Made by a program: the position numbers and the translations under genes. Shown one piece after another: positions 28,957-38,139 of a stretch of DNA of 64,000 bases. The number at the start of each line of letters is the position of its first letter. Positions within the stretch are counted from its first letter, which is position 1. The DNA comes from Solirubrobacterales bacterium. GTDB taxonomy: Bacteria > Actinomycetota > Thermoleophilia > Solirubrobacterales > 70-9. The notes under the pieces were generated by a model. It made no database searches. It had not been told where the DNA came from and saw only the letters and a program-made list of their open reading frames with translations. The stretch covers positions 3,162 through 67,161 of the forward strand of contig JAXLSW010000009.1 of assembly GCA_046330415.1 (NCBI GenBank), in the 5' to 3' direction.

Positions 28957-29640
28957 TCAGGCGCCGAGGACGTCGCGATGCCAGGTGTCGAAGAGGTCGA
29001 AAGCGAGCTCGCGGGTACGGGGTCCGAGCGCGTCGCCGCCGCTCGTGACGGAATCGGGCTCTATGCCCAGTGCGACGAGGTCGTCCCGCTCGCTGACCGC
29101 CCAGCTCGCCGCGACCTCCGGCCCCGTCTCGGGGTGGAACTGCAGGCCGAGGTTGCGGCCGAGTCGGAAGGCCGCGACACCCGCCGGCGAGCGTGCGAGC
29201 TCGATCGCCTGCGGGGGCGGTTCGAGCTGGCTGTAGTGGAAGTGGAGCCACGGACCGGGGGCGATCAGATCCGGCGCCGCGGTCTCGACCTCGGCCCATC
29301 CGGCGGCCGGAGGGTCGGCGCGGTGGACGCTGCCGCCCGCGGCGACGGCGAGCGCCTGCCCGCCGAAGCAGAGGCCGAGGACCGGCACATCGGCCGCCAG
29401 GGCGGCACGCAGGAACGCGATCTCCCCCTCGACCCAGGCAGGGCCGGGCAGCCCGGGGGTCTGGTCGGAGCCGAGCGAGCAGATCCACGGTCGTCCGGTT
29501 GGATCGGGAGGCGCTCCTCGCTCCCAGACGGGGACGGTCTCGACGGCGATGCCGCGCTCGCGCAGCCACTCGCCGAGGAGATCGGCGGGCGTGGAGGCCT
29601 CGTGCTGGAGGATCAGCGGGGGGAGGGAGGCGGTGCTCAT
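28957..29640 (-). CDS. Class I glutamine amidotransferase-like protein
   Basis: GLCFGGQAL nucleophile elbow and LQFHPE His/Glu motif. Confidence 0.8.
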   Translation of the reverse strand: MSTASLPPLILQHEASTPADLLGEWLRERGIAVETVPVWERGAPPDPTGRPWICSLGSDQTPGLPGPAWVEGEIAFLRAALAADVPVLGLCFGGQALAVAAGGSVHRADPPAAGWAEVETAAPDLIAPGPWLHFHYSQLEPPPQAIELARSPAGVAAFRLGRNLGLQFHPETGPEVAASWAVSERDDLVALGIEPDSVTSGGDALGPRTRELAFDLFDTWHRDVLGA

Positions 29641-29696
29641 CGCAGCGTCAGCCTAGCTGGGGGTCGGCCGGGCGACGCTCGTGCGGGAGGCCGCGC

Positions 29697-30767
29697 TCAG
29701 GCCGGTCCGACGCGTGCGGCGAGCTCCTCGATCCCGGGCCACTGGTAGGACGGGCGGTCGGGGCGGCGGATCATGTCGGGGTCACCCTGCGGGAGATCCG
29801 CAAGCAGGTTCGCGGTCGCCGGTTCCCACAGCTGCGCGGCCACCGTCTCGCGCGCGATGCCGATGACCCTGTTGCGGTTGCCGGCGCGCATCAGGTTGAT
29901 CCCCATCGCCTCGAGGTCGTGGTGGGTCGGCTGCACGAGCACGACGTTCGTGCCCTCCGCCCGCAGGCGCTTCGCCTCCGAACCGAGCCGCCGGCCGCTC
30001 GCCCGGTTGAAGATCAGGCCGAAGGCGGCGAGGGGGTTGATCGCGCGGATCGGGTGCAGGCTCGAGGTCGGGTTGAAGCAGATGACGAGGTCGAGGTCGA
30101 GACCGCGCAGCACGTCGAGGTTGGAGGCTGACCAGATGCCGCCGTCGACGTAGGAGCGATCGCCGATGCGGACGGGGCGGTAGAAGCCGGGGATCGAGCA
30201 GGAGGCGACCACGGCGTCCTCGATGTGAGCCTCGGGTGCGCCCTCGCGGCCGAAGGTCACCCGGCGACCGGTCGCGTAATCGCAGGCGACGACCCAGTGG
30301 TTGGGGTGGGAGGTCCAGGTTCCGGCTACGGCGCTGCGGACGATGTCGCGCAGCGGTTCGTTGCTGATGATCCCGCGCGGCGCCCAGCCGCTGATCAGGG
30401 CCGCGGGCGTGTGGCGATGAGGCCGGATCGCACTGCGGACGATCAGCTCGGGAGAGCCCGGGAACCAGGGGATCGCGCCGCGCTCGAGGTGGTAGCGAGC
30501 ACCGGCGGAGCGGTCTGCGTCGCCGGCGAAGCCACCCTGTGCGTCGGTCATCCCGGCGAACGTCTCGCCCGCCGAGTGGGCGACCATGAACCACGGCGGC
30601 AGACCGGCGGCGATGAGCGTTGCCAGCATCGAGCCGGCGGAGGTCCCGACGATGTAGTCGGCGGTGGCCGGATCCCACCCGGTCTCCTCGGCGATCGCCT
30701 CGAGCGCGCCGGTGAGCCAGGCGCCTCCCTGAACACCCCCGGCACCGAGTACGAGTCCGACGCGCAT
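29697..30767 (-). CDS. Patatin-like phospholipase
   Basis: GAGGVQGG oxyanion motif, GTSAG (GxSxG) nucleophile, later D-G (VDGG). Confidence 0.85.
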   Translation of the reverse strand: MRVGLVLGAGGVQGGAWLTGALEAIAEETGWDPATADYIVGTSAGSMLATLIAAGLPPWFMVAHSAGETFAGMTDAQGGFAGDADRSAGARYHLERGAIPWFPGSPELIVRSAIRPHRHTPAALISGWAPRGIISNEPLRDIVRSAVAGTWTSHPNHWVVACDYATGRRVTFGREGAPEAHIEDAVVASCSIPGFYRPVRIGDRSYVDGGIWSASNLDVLRGLDLDLVICFNPTSSLHPIRAINPLAAFGLIFNRASGRRLGSEAKRLRAEGTNVVLVQPTHHDLEAMGINLMRAGNRNRVIGIARETVAAQLWEPATANLLADLPQGDPDMIRRPDRPSYQWPGIEELAARVGPA

Positions 30768-30801
30768 GCGGAGGTCGATGATGTCAGCTGGGGCGGGCGG
30801 T

Positions 30802-31575
30802 TCAGGACTTCGGGCCCACGAAGCTGTCGAGCCTCTCTACGTCGGCCTTGCGCGAGACATACACGGTGTGGGGTGCGTGGGTCGTGTGAAGGCCCATGCG
30901 GTTGCAGGCAGCCACGAAGATCGACCGGATGTCAGGTGATTGGTTGGAGAAGCTGTACCGGGGATTTTTCCAGTTGGTTCCGGTATTGATGAACCTGCAT
31001 CCATCAGAGTGGATCAGCCCGCGAAGCAGCTTGTCTGGTGCATTCATCACGACCTCCCACTGCCAGTCACGCAGCTCGATGGGTCGCCCGTGCTTCACCC
31101 CCGGCCCGTGCTGCGGGAACCAGCACACCCATGACTTCGAGTAAGCGGAGACGATCACGGTGGTCAGCTCCTCGGAGTCGGTGAACCTGCTGCGCTTTCC
31201 GCCGACATGAACGCGATTGCGAGGGACCATCTCCGAGATCGCTCGCCGGGTCTCCTCCACGATGCCCGGGTACTTCGCATCGAGAAAGATGCGCAGCCGT
31301 GCCACGTTCCGAGGGTGAAGCGAGATCGACCCATCCCCCAGATACATGCCAAGTAGGTAGGGGTAGGCCGCCGGAGGGTTCCCGAAGTCGTGAGCGGCGC
31401 CCCCGCAAGCGAGGCACAGTCCTCGCTCGAATCGGTGCACGTTGCGCGGCAGTCTCCCCGCGACCCAATCTCTAATCGTGCTGCGGGAGATGCCGGTCAT
31501 CGCCGCGATTTCACTCGGGTTCCGGCCAGCCGCTGCCAGCTCCAGAACGAGATCGACCTCGGCTTCCGATCTCAT
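30802..31575 (-). CDS. HTH plus double-motif LAGLIDADG-like (homing-endonuclease-like) protein
   Basis: N-terminal HTH GRNPSEIAAMTGISRSTIRDWV. Two LAGLIDADG-like motifs, YLLGMYLGDGSI and KLLRGLIHSDGCR, about 110 aa apart. Clearly more A/T-rich than its neighbours. Confidence 0.65.
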   Translation of the reverse strand: MRSEAEVDLVLELAAAGRNPSEIAAMTGISRSTIRDWVAGRLPRNVHRFERGLCLACGGAAHDFGNPPAAYPYLLGMYLGDGSISLHPRNVARLRIFLDAKYPGIVEETRRAISEMVPRNRVHVGGKRSRFTDSEELTTVIVSAYSKSWVCWFPQHGPGVKHGRPIELRDWQWEVVMNAPDKLLRGLIHSDGCRFINTGTNWKNPRYSFSNQSPDIRSIFVAACNRMGLHTTHAPHTVYVSRKADVERLDSFVGPKS

Positions 31576-31597
31576 CGGAGCGCCGAGGTCGATTCCA

Positions 31598-31681
31598 TGC
31601 GGCCGAGAGGACTCGAACCTCCACGGGCGTTAGCCCAATGCGACCTGAACGCATCGCGTCTGCCAGTTCCGCCACGGCCGC
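31598..31681 (-). tRNA. tRNA-Leu (anticodon CAG), long variable arm, CCA not encoded
   Basis: The reverse complement reads GCGGCCGTGGCGGAACTGGCAGACGCGATGCGTTCAGGTCGCATTGGGCTAACGCCCGTGGAGGTTCGAGTCCTCTCGGCCGCA. Acceptor GCGGCCG/CGGCCGC, anticodon loop TTCAGGT, T-loop GGTTCGAGTCC. Confidence 0.85.
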
Positions 31682-31784
31682 GCGGAGGCAACAATCTAGC
31701 CGTTTCAGAGGGTCTGACGACTTGTCCAAGCATGCAAACACATGTTCGCATGGAGCTCGGACGTGATCGGACCCCTGCGGTCCC

Positions 31785-32621
31785 TCAGATCGAAGCGGGG
31801 CGGGCAGCTCGGCTTCGACGGAGGCCGCCCACCCCGGCACCGGCCCCGAACGTCGCCACAGCGCACAGCGCGATCGAGGCGCCCGCCGCGAGATCGGCCC
31901 AGTAGCTGAGGTAGATCCCGGCGGCCCCGGCCGCGACGGCGAGCGCTGCCGCTGCGATCAGGGCTGGGACGAGCCGGTCGCAGAGCTGCAGGGCCGCGGC
32001 GGCGGGGCCGATCACGATCGCGACGACGAGCAGGTTGCCGAGGGCCTGCACCGCGATCAGCGTCGTCAGTGCCAGCAGCGCCAACAGCAGCCAGGTGGCC
32101 GCACCCGGTCCCGAGCCGAGGCTCCTCGCCGACTGCGGGTCGAAGCCGCCGAGCGTGAGCGTCCGGTGTCCGGCGGCGAGCGCGGCGAGGCCGGCGAGGG
32201 CCAGCGCGGCGGAGGCGAGGAGATCGGTGTTGGAGACCGAGAGCGGGTCGCCGAACAGAAGCTCACCGAGGCGAAGTGGCGCGTCCGGCGAGAGGGCGAG
32301 CAGGGTGCCGAGCCCGAAGAGCGTCGTCACGGCGACCGCGACGGCGGCGTCCGGGCCGACGAGCTGTTGCCGGCTCGCGAGCACGATCGCCGCCGCGGCG
32401 ACGGCGAGCCCGACCGCCGCACCGATGCCGAGCGGAGCGCCGATCAGCGCCGCGACCACCAGCCCGGGAAGCATCGAGTGGGCCATCGACTCCGCCGAGT
32501 AGCTCTGGCGGAAGAGCACGACCCAGACGCCGAGCGGTCCGCAGACGACGCCGAGCACGAGTAGGTCGAGCAGCGCCTTCTGGGTGATGCCGTCGCGCAG
32601 CGGGTCGAGCAGGAAATCCAA
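31785..32621 (-). CDS. Metal ABC transporter permease (ABC-3/TroD-ZnuB type)
   Basis: Polytopic membrane protein. MDFLLDPL...QKALLDLLVLGVVCGPLGVWVVLFRQSY...AHSMLPG is typical of ABC-3. Confidence 0.85.
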   Translation of the reverse strand: MDFLLDPLRDGITQKALLDLLVLGVVCGPLGVWVVLFRQSYSAESMAHSMLPGLVVAALIGAPLGIGAAVGLAVAAAAIVLASRQQLVGPDAAVAVAVTTLFGLGTLLALSPDAPLRLGELLFGDPLSVSNTDLLASAALALAGLAALAAGHRTLTLGGFDPQSARSLGSGPGAATWLLLALLALTTLIAVQALGNLLVVAIVIGPAAAALQLCDRLVPALIAAAALAVAAGAAGIYLSYWADLAAGASIALCAVATFGAGAGVGGLRRSRAARPASI

Positions 32622-32636
32622 GATGGCCGCCGCCCC

Positions 32637-33389
32637 TCAGTGCTCGTGGTGCTGGACGACGACGGCGCGCTCACCGCCGTCGAGCACGATCATCTCGCCG
32701 CCGTAGGTGCGGGCCAGGAGCTCCGGTGTGAGGTCCTCGGGCCGGACGAAGCCGACCTGCGTCCCGTGCAGGCAGACGACGGCGTCGAACGCCCGTGCCT
32801 GGTGGATGTCGTGGGTGGAGACGAGCATCGCGTGGCCGTCCTCACGCAGCTCGGCCAAGACCCCGAGGATGCGCTCGGCGGAGGGGCCGTCGACCCCGCT
32901 CAGCGGCTCGTCGAGCAGCAGCACCCGGGCGTCCTGGGCGAGGGCGCGAGCGATCAAGACGCGCTGCCGCTGCCCACCGGAGAGCTCGCCGAACCGCACC
33001 CCGGCGCGTTCGGCCAGCCCGACCCGTTCGAGCGCAGCCTCCGCGCGCTCCCTGTCGGCGCGGCCGCTCGGCCGCCACCAGGGGGTCGTCGCGTACGTAC
33101 CCATCCGCGCGACATCGAGCGCGCTCACGGGGAAATCGAGGCGCGCCCGCTCGGTCTGCGGGACGTATGCCACGGCGGCGTTGACCCGAACCGTCCCGGA
33201 GCGCTGCGGGGTCTCTCCGAGCAGCGCGCGGAAGAGCGTCGTCTTGCCACCCCCGTTCGGTCCGAGGACGGCCGTGATGCTTCCGGCGGGCGCATCGAAG
33301 GAGACATCGCTGAGGGCGGCAACGCCGGGCCGGTACCCCGCCACAAGACCCTCGACCTCGAGCAGCGTCTCACCCGTGCTCGCGCTCAC
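32637..33389 (-). CDS. Metal ABC transporter ATP-binding protein (TroB/ZnuC type)
   Basis: Walker A GPNGGGKTT, signature LSGGQRQR, Walker B LLLDEP. Confidence 0.9.
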   Translation of the reverse strand: MSASTGETLLEVEGLVAGYRPGVAALSDVSFDAPAGSITAVLGPNGGGKTTLFRALLGETPQRSGTVRVNAAVAYVPQTERARLDFPVSALDVARMGTYATTPWWRPSGRADRERAEAALERVGLAERAGVRFGELSGGQRQRVLIARALAQDARVLLLDEPLSGVDGPSAERILGVLAELREDGHAMLVSTHDIHQARAFDAVVCLHGTQVGFVRPEDLTPELLARTYGGEMIVLDGGERAVVVQHHEH

Positions 33390-34225
33390 CGGGCCGCCTC
33401 CGCTGCCTTGGGCTCGGTGGCCTGGAGGGCGACGGCGCGGCCGACTGCCGCGACCGCGAACACCACGCCCCCGAGCACGGCGATCGCCGCTCCCGGGGGC
33501 GCGTCGAGCTCGTAGGCGAGGAGCAACCCGCCGACCCCCTCGGCCAGCGCCAGCGCCGCCGCCCCGAGCTCGAGCCGGGGAACGCTGCGCGCGAAGAGGC
33601 GGACGGTCGCGGCGGGGACGACGAAGATCGCCGCAACGAGAAGCGAGCCGACCGCGTCGAGCGATGCGACCACCGCGATGGCGATGGTGACGACGAGCGC
33701 GAGGTCGGCGCTCGCGGCGCGGAGCCCGAGCGCGCGCGAGCCGGCGGCGTCGAACCCCGATGCGATCCAGGTGTCGCGGAAGAGCAGCGCAGCAACGAGT
33801 GCGACGGCGAGCGCCGCGGCGGTGAATCGCAGCTCCCCGGCCCCGATGCCGAGCAGCGAGCCGAATAGCGCCGCATCGACACCCGCTCCCGATTCGAAGA
33901 CGTCGCTCGCGAGCACGATTCCGACGGCCAGCGCGAGGACGAGCAGCAGTGCGGTGGCCGCGTCCGTCGCGACCCCGGCCCGCTTGGAGAGGCGCTCGAG
34001 CAGTGCGGCGAAGCCGCCACCGACGCCGAGGGCGGCGATGGCGGGCGGGATGCCCGCCGGCCCCGCGATCACCAGTCCGGGGAAGGCGGCCGCGCCGACG
34101 CTGTGGGTGAAGAAGGCGAGCCGGCGGAGGACGATCTGCGCGCCGAGCAGGCCGGCGAGGGGCGCGAGCAGCGCGATCTCGAGCGCGGCGCGCTGCATGA
34201 AGGGGAGCTGGAAGGGGTCGAACAT
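33386..34225 (-). CDS. Metal ABC transporter permease (ABC-3/TroC type)
   Basis: MFDPFQLPFMQRAALEIALLAPLAGLLGAQIVLRRLAFFTHSVG. 4-nt overlap with the ATPase gene. Confidence 0.85.
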   Translation of the reverse strand: MFDPFQLPFMQRAALEIALLAPLAGLLGAQIVLRRLAFFTHSVGAAAFPGLVIAGPAGIPPAIAALGVGGGFAALLERLSKRAGVATDAATALLLVLALAVGIVLASDVFESGAGVDAALFGSLLGIGAGELRFTAAALAVALVAALLFRDTWIASGFDAAGSRALGLRAASADLALVVTIAIAVVASLDAVGSLLVAAIFVVPAATVRLFARSVPRLELGAAALALAEGVGGLLLAYELDAPPGAAIAVLGGVVFAVAAVGRAVALQATEPKAAEAAR

Positions 34226-34254
34226 GGCGCGGTTGAGGGTCGCTGCGGCGGCCC

Positions 34255-34311
34255 GAAGTTGAGATCGAATCTCGATTATGCCACGAAGTTGAGAACGGCT
34301 ATCGTTATCGA
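34255..34311. promoter_or_regulatory. Two tandem A/T-rich imperfect palindromes (candidate Fur/Zur boxes) in the divergent permease/fur promoter region
   Basis: GAAGTTGAGATCGAATCTCGATTA contains TTGAGAT-N3-ATCTCGA. GAAGTTGAGAACGGCTATCGTTATCGA contains GAGAACG-N5-CGTTATC. Both share the GAAGTTGAGA arm. Confidence 0.45.
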
Positions 34312-34312
34312 C

Positions 34313-34792
34313 ATGGCCACGAAGGCGAGAAGCTCAGCGAGCGTCGAGACACCTCCCGCGGCGGCGTGGGTCGAGCGGGCCGAGGATCAGCTCCGCCAGG
34401 CCGGCCATCGCGCGAGCGCCCCGCGCCGCGCCGTGCTCGAGCTGATCGGCGATCAGGAGTGCGTGCTCACGGCGCGCGAGATCGCCGATGAGCTGCGCGC
34501 CGGCGGCCGAGAGGTCGGCGTCGCCACCGTCTACAGGACGCTCGAGCTGCTGGAGGAGATGCGGCTCGTGCAGCGACTCGACACCGGTGGCGGCTCCGCC
34601 CGCTACGAGCCGGCGATGCCCGACGGCGAGCACCATCACCACCACCTCGTCTGCGACTCCTGTGGGCGCGTCACCCCGTTCTCCGACGACCGCCTCGAGC
34701 GGGCGATCCACGATCTCGGTGAGCGCCTCGACTACCGCGTGGCGGGTCACGACGTCGTCATGCGCGGCATCTGCCCGCGCTGCTCCGCCTGA
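34313..34792 (+). CDS. Fur-family metalloregulator (Zur/Mur-like)
   Basis: PRRAVLELIGDQECVLTAREIADELRAGGREVGVATVYRTLELLEEMRLV. HHHHHLVCDSCG...CPRC metal sites. The start is the ATG at 34313 within ORF 34103-34792. Confidence 0.85.
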   Translation: MATKARSSASVETPPAAAWVERAEDQLRQAGHRASAPRRAVLELIGDQECVLTAREIADELRAGGREVGVATVYRTLELLEEMRLVQRLDTGGGSARYEPAMPDGEHHHHHLVCDSCGRVTPFSDDRLERAIHDLGERLDYRVAGHDVVMRGICPRCSA

Positions 34793-34801
34793 GCGCAGCT
34801 C

Positions 34802-35737
34802 TCAGCCGGAGCCGAGCGCGCAGGCAGCCCCGGCGTTCCCGCCCGTGAACCCGGCGGCGAGCGCCTCCGTGTTCGATCGCATCGCCGCCAGGTACGTGGC
34901 CCCGTCGGAGTCCTCGGGCCCCAGTGTGTCGGCCCAGAGCTCGCCGCCGACGCTCGCACCGGCCTCCTCCGCGATCGTCCGCTCGAGCTCCGCCGTCGTG
35001 CCCTCCTCGGGGAAGACCGCGTTGACGCCGGTGCGGCGGATCGTCTCGACGAGGTCCGCGGTCTCGCCGGCGGACGCCTGCGCCTGCGTGCTCAGCGACG
35101 GGATCGCCGCCCCGACCACCTCGATGCCGAAGCGGTCGGCGTAGTAGCCGAGCGCGTCGTGGCTGGTCACGAGCAGCCGCTCGTCGGCGGGGATCGAGCC
35201 CATGCAGGCGGCGATCGAACGGTCGAGGCGGCGGAGCTCCGCGAGGTAGAGCCTGGAGTTGCGCTCGTACACGTCGACGCCATCGGGGTCGACCTCGGCG
35301 AGCCCGGCCGCGATCGCCTCAACGGCCAGCTGGGCATTGCGGGGGTCCTGCCACCAGTGTGGATCGATCTCGCCGTCCTCCTCCCGGGTCTCGACGTCGT
35401 CGATCAGCGTCAGCTCGGGAGCATCGCTTCCAGAGGCCTCGACAAGCTGATCGAGCCAGGCGTCGACGTCGCCCCCTGAGCGCACGATCAGATCGGCGTC
35501 GACGAGCGACTCGGCGTCGCTGGGGCGAGGCTCGTAGTCGTGGGGGTCCGAGCTGGGGGAGAGGATCTGCGTCACCGCGACCCGGTCGCCGCCGACCTCG
35601 CGGACGAAGTCGGCCACCTGCGGCGTCGTCGCGGCCACGCGCACCGCGGCGCCTGAACCGTCATCCGCCTCCCTGCAGCCGGAGATGAGGACACCTGTGA
35701 GTCCCGCGGCCAAGATGAAACTGATAATCGTTCGCAT
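34802..35737 (-). CDS. Metal ABC transporter substrate-binding lipoprotein (TroA/ZnuA type)
   Basis: Lipobox LISGC. DPHDYEP and DPHWWQDP metal-binding His motifs typical of cluster A-I binding proteins. Confidence 0.85.
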   Translation of the reverse strand: MRTIISFILAAGLTGVLISGCREADDGSGAAVRVAATTPQVADFVREVGGDRVAVTQILSPSSDPHDYEPRPSDAESLVDADLIVRSGGDVDAWLDQLVEASGSDAPELTLIDDVETREEDGEIDPHWWQDPRNAQLAVEAIAAGLAEVDPDGVDVYERNSRLYLAELRRLDRSIAACMGSIPADERLLVTSHDALGYYADRFGIEVVGAAIPSLSTQAQASAGETADLVETIRRTGVNAVFPEEGTTAELERTIAEEAGASVGGELWADTLGPEDSDGATYLAAMRSNTEALAAGFTGGNAGAACALGSG

Positions 35738-35805
35738 CAACGATCGCGGAGTCTACAACTGCAACTGCGCCATGGGGCGCGGCACCCTCGTAGGCTCATC
35801 CGCCG

Positions 35806-38061
35806 ATGGAGACCAGCGGATGGATCAAGGCGGGCGCGCTGGTTCTCGCCATCGTGATGGCGGTGTCCCTCGGGACCGCCGTCCGGAGCGAGGCCGCCGT
35901 CCGCATCGGCGCCGAGCGAATCGAGCTGACCACGCGGGGCGCCGGTGTCGAAGTCCGGCGCGACCCGCTGCGCATCACCTTCACGGACGGCCGCGGCCGT
36001 CCGGTCCTCAGCGAGCTGCAGGGCACCCGCAGGGCGTCTCGGCTCGTCCCGCCGGTCCCGCGCTCCCAGTTCGCGATCGCCGATTCGCCTCCGCCCACGC
36101 TCTACGCGCCGCTCACCTTCCTGGTCGGCTCCACCGGCATCGAGCAGACTCCGGGCAACATCTGGGAGGGCACCCTGCGCTCGGTCACCGAGGGCGGGAC
36201 GGAGTACGGCGCCACCGCGGTCAGGGCCGCGAGGCGCAGCGGACCCGGTGTCCGTCTCGTGCTTGCGACGTCCGACCCGAGTGGACGCAGGCTCGTCGTT
36301 CGCCTCGCGCCGGGGCCTTCGCCAGGGACCATCGCGCTGTCGGCGGCCCCCAATGACCCCGAGGGAGTCGCCGCGATCGGCGACTCCTTCTCCTCAGCCG
36401 GGTCGGAGGCATTCCGGGGCTTCGGTGGTCGCCACGACCGGCTCGATCAGCGCGGCACCGAGTTCTACAACTGGACGCAGCAGGAGAACCTGAGCTCCGG
36501 CTCGGCGAGCGCGTTCACGCCGGTCGTCCCGGGCGGCGAGGATCACCTCTTCCCCAATGGGCCCCACGCCGCCTACTACGTCCAGTCCTCGTTCATCTCC
36601 TCCTCCGGTTACGGCTTCCTGCTCGACCGCGACGAGCTCTCCCACTGGCGGTTGGCCTCCGATCGCCCCGATGCCTGGCAGGTCCAATCCTTCGGCTCGC
36701 GGCTCGACTACGTGGTCGCGCCCGGCACCGCGCCGGAGGCCATCGGCAAGATCACGTCGATCAGCGGTCGCCAGCGTGTTCCCCCGAGGTGGGCGCTTGG
36801 GCAGATCCTCGACCGCGAGGTGATCTACGAGAACGACTCACCGTCGAAGTACGAGGCGGAGGTGCGCCAGGACCTCGCCGACTTCGACCGCTACGGCATC
36901 CATCCCAGCGCCTACCGGATCGAGGGCTGGCAGTTCCTGCCCGACGACGTCCTCGCCGAGATCATCGCCGAGCTACGCCGGCGGGGCATCCATCCCATGG
37001 TCTACTTCCGCGCCTTCGTCGGCAAGGACGAGATCGGGACGGACGATCCGAGCGCATACGACGAGGCGCTCGCCAAGGGCTACGTCGCCACCCATGCAGA
37101 CGGCACGCCGTACACGTTCACCTCCAACTTCAACGCTGATGGAGCGCAGATCGACTTCACCGATCCGGACGCCGTCGCCTGGTGGCAGGATCGCGTCCGC
37201 CGCGCCCTCCAGCTCGGCGCCGACGGGTTCATGCAGGACTTCGGCGAGCAGGTCCTCAGCGACATGCATTTCGCCGACGGCTCCACGGGCGCGACGATGC
37301 ACAACCGGTTGCCGGTGCTCTTCCACCGGGCCACGTTCGAGGCCGTGCGCCGCTTCGAGCGCTCGCATCCGGGGCGTCACATCTTCTACTTCACCCGCGC
37401 CGGCTACTCGGGCAGCCCCGGTTCGGCGCGCTGGGAGTTCGCCAACTTCCCCGGCGACGAGACCACGGACTGGACCCGCTCCTCCGGCCTCGCCTCCCTG
37501 ACGCCGGACATGCTCAACCGCGGCATCGGCGGGGCCTATGGGTTCTCGACCGACATCGGTGGGTACTTCGACGTCGCGCTCTACCAGCCGACCACCAAGG
37601 AGCTGTTCATCCGCTGGGCGCAGTGGGCGGCGCTCTCGCCGATGTTCCGTCTTCACGGCTCAGTCGGCGCCGGCGTTCACATGCCGTGGACCTTCGACGA
37701 GGAGACGCTCGACCGCTACCGCGCTCTCGCTCGGCTGCACGAGCGGGCGATCCCGCTGATCCAGCGGCTGTGGAAGCGCGCGCGGAGGACCGGGATCCCG
37801 ATCGCCCGGCCGCTGTGGCTCAGCTATCCGAAGGACCCGGCCGCCGCTTCGCAGGATCAGGAATGGCTGCTCGGGCCCGACCTCCTGGTGGCACCGGTCG
37901 TCGAGCAGGGGGCGAGCACGCGGCGGGTTCACTTCCCCCGCGGCTGCTGGCGGACCCGCGGTGGTGAGCGCTACTCCGGACCCTCCGACGTCACCGTCGC
38001 GGCGCCGCTCTCGCGTCTGCCGTTCTTCATCCGCTGCGGCGCTCACCCGCTGGATCGCTGA
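35806..38061 (+). CDS. Secreted glycoside hydrolase family 31, intact paralog of the gene at 6986-9460
   Basis: Signal peptide. FRGFGGRHDRLDQRG. GADGFMQDFGE catalytic-region motif. GDETTDW...STDIGGYF. Confidence 0.85.
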   Translation: METSGWIKAGALVLAIVMAVSLGTAVRSEAAVRIGAERIELTTRGAGVEVRRDPLRITFTDGRGRPVLSELQGTRRASRLVPPVPRSQFAIADSPPPTLYAPLTFLVGSTGIEQTPGNIWEGTLRSVTEGGTEYGATAVRAARRSGPGVRLVLATSDPSGRRLVVRLAPGPSPGTIALSAAPNDPEGVAAIGDSFSSAGSEAFRGFGGRHDRLDQRGTEFYNWTQQENLSSGSASAFTPVVPGGEDHLFPNGPHAAYYVQSSFISSSGYGFLLDRDELSHWRLASDRPDAWQVQSFGSRLDYVVAPGTAPEAIGKITSISGRQRVPPRWALGQILDREVIYENDSPSKYEAEVRQDLADFDRYGIHPSAYRIEGWQFLPDDVLAEIIAELRRRGIHPMVYFRAFVGKDEIGTDDPSAYDEALAKGYVATHADGTPYTFTSNFNADGAQIDFTDPDAVAWWQDRVRRALQLGADGFMQDFGEQVLSDMHFADGSTGATMHNRLPVLFHRATFEAVRRFERSHPGRHIFYFTRAGYSGSPGSARWEFANFPGDETTDWTRSSGLASLTPDMLNRGIGGAYGFSTDIGGYFDVALYQPTTKELFIRWAQWAALSPMFRLHGSVGAGVHMPWTFDEETLDRYRALARLHERAIPLIQRLWKRARRTGIPIARPLWLSYPKDPAAASQDQEWLLGPDLLVAPVVEQGASTRRVHFPRGCWRTRGGERYSGPSDVTVAAPLSRLPFFIRCGAHPLDR

Positions 38062-38139
38062 CGTCGCCTCGGGAGGTCGCGTCAAAATCCGTGGACGGAT
38101 CGGATAGCTTCCCCTTCGACTCGACCCGGAGGGAGCCAA

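Noticed and set aside
28957-30767. The patatin-like lipase with the neighbouring GATase as an anti-phage (CBASS-type) effector module
   Set aside because: There is no cyclic-nucleotide synthase, sensor or other defence gene adjacent. The patatin has an ordinary stand-alone architecture.
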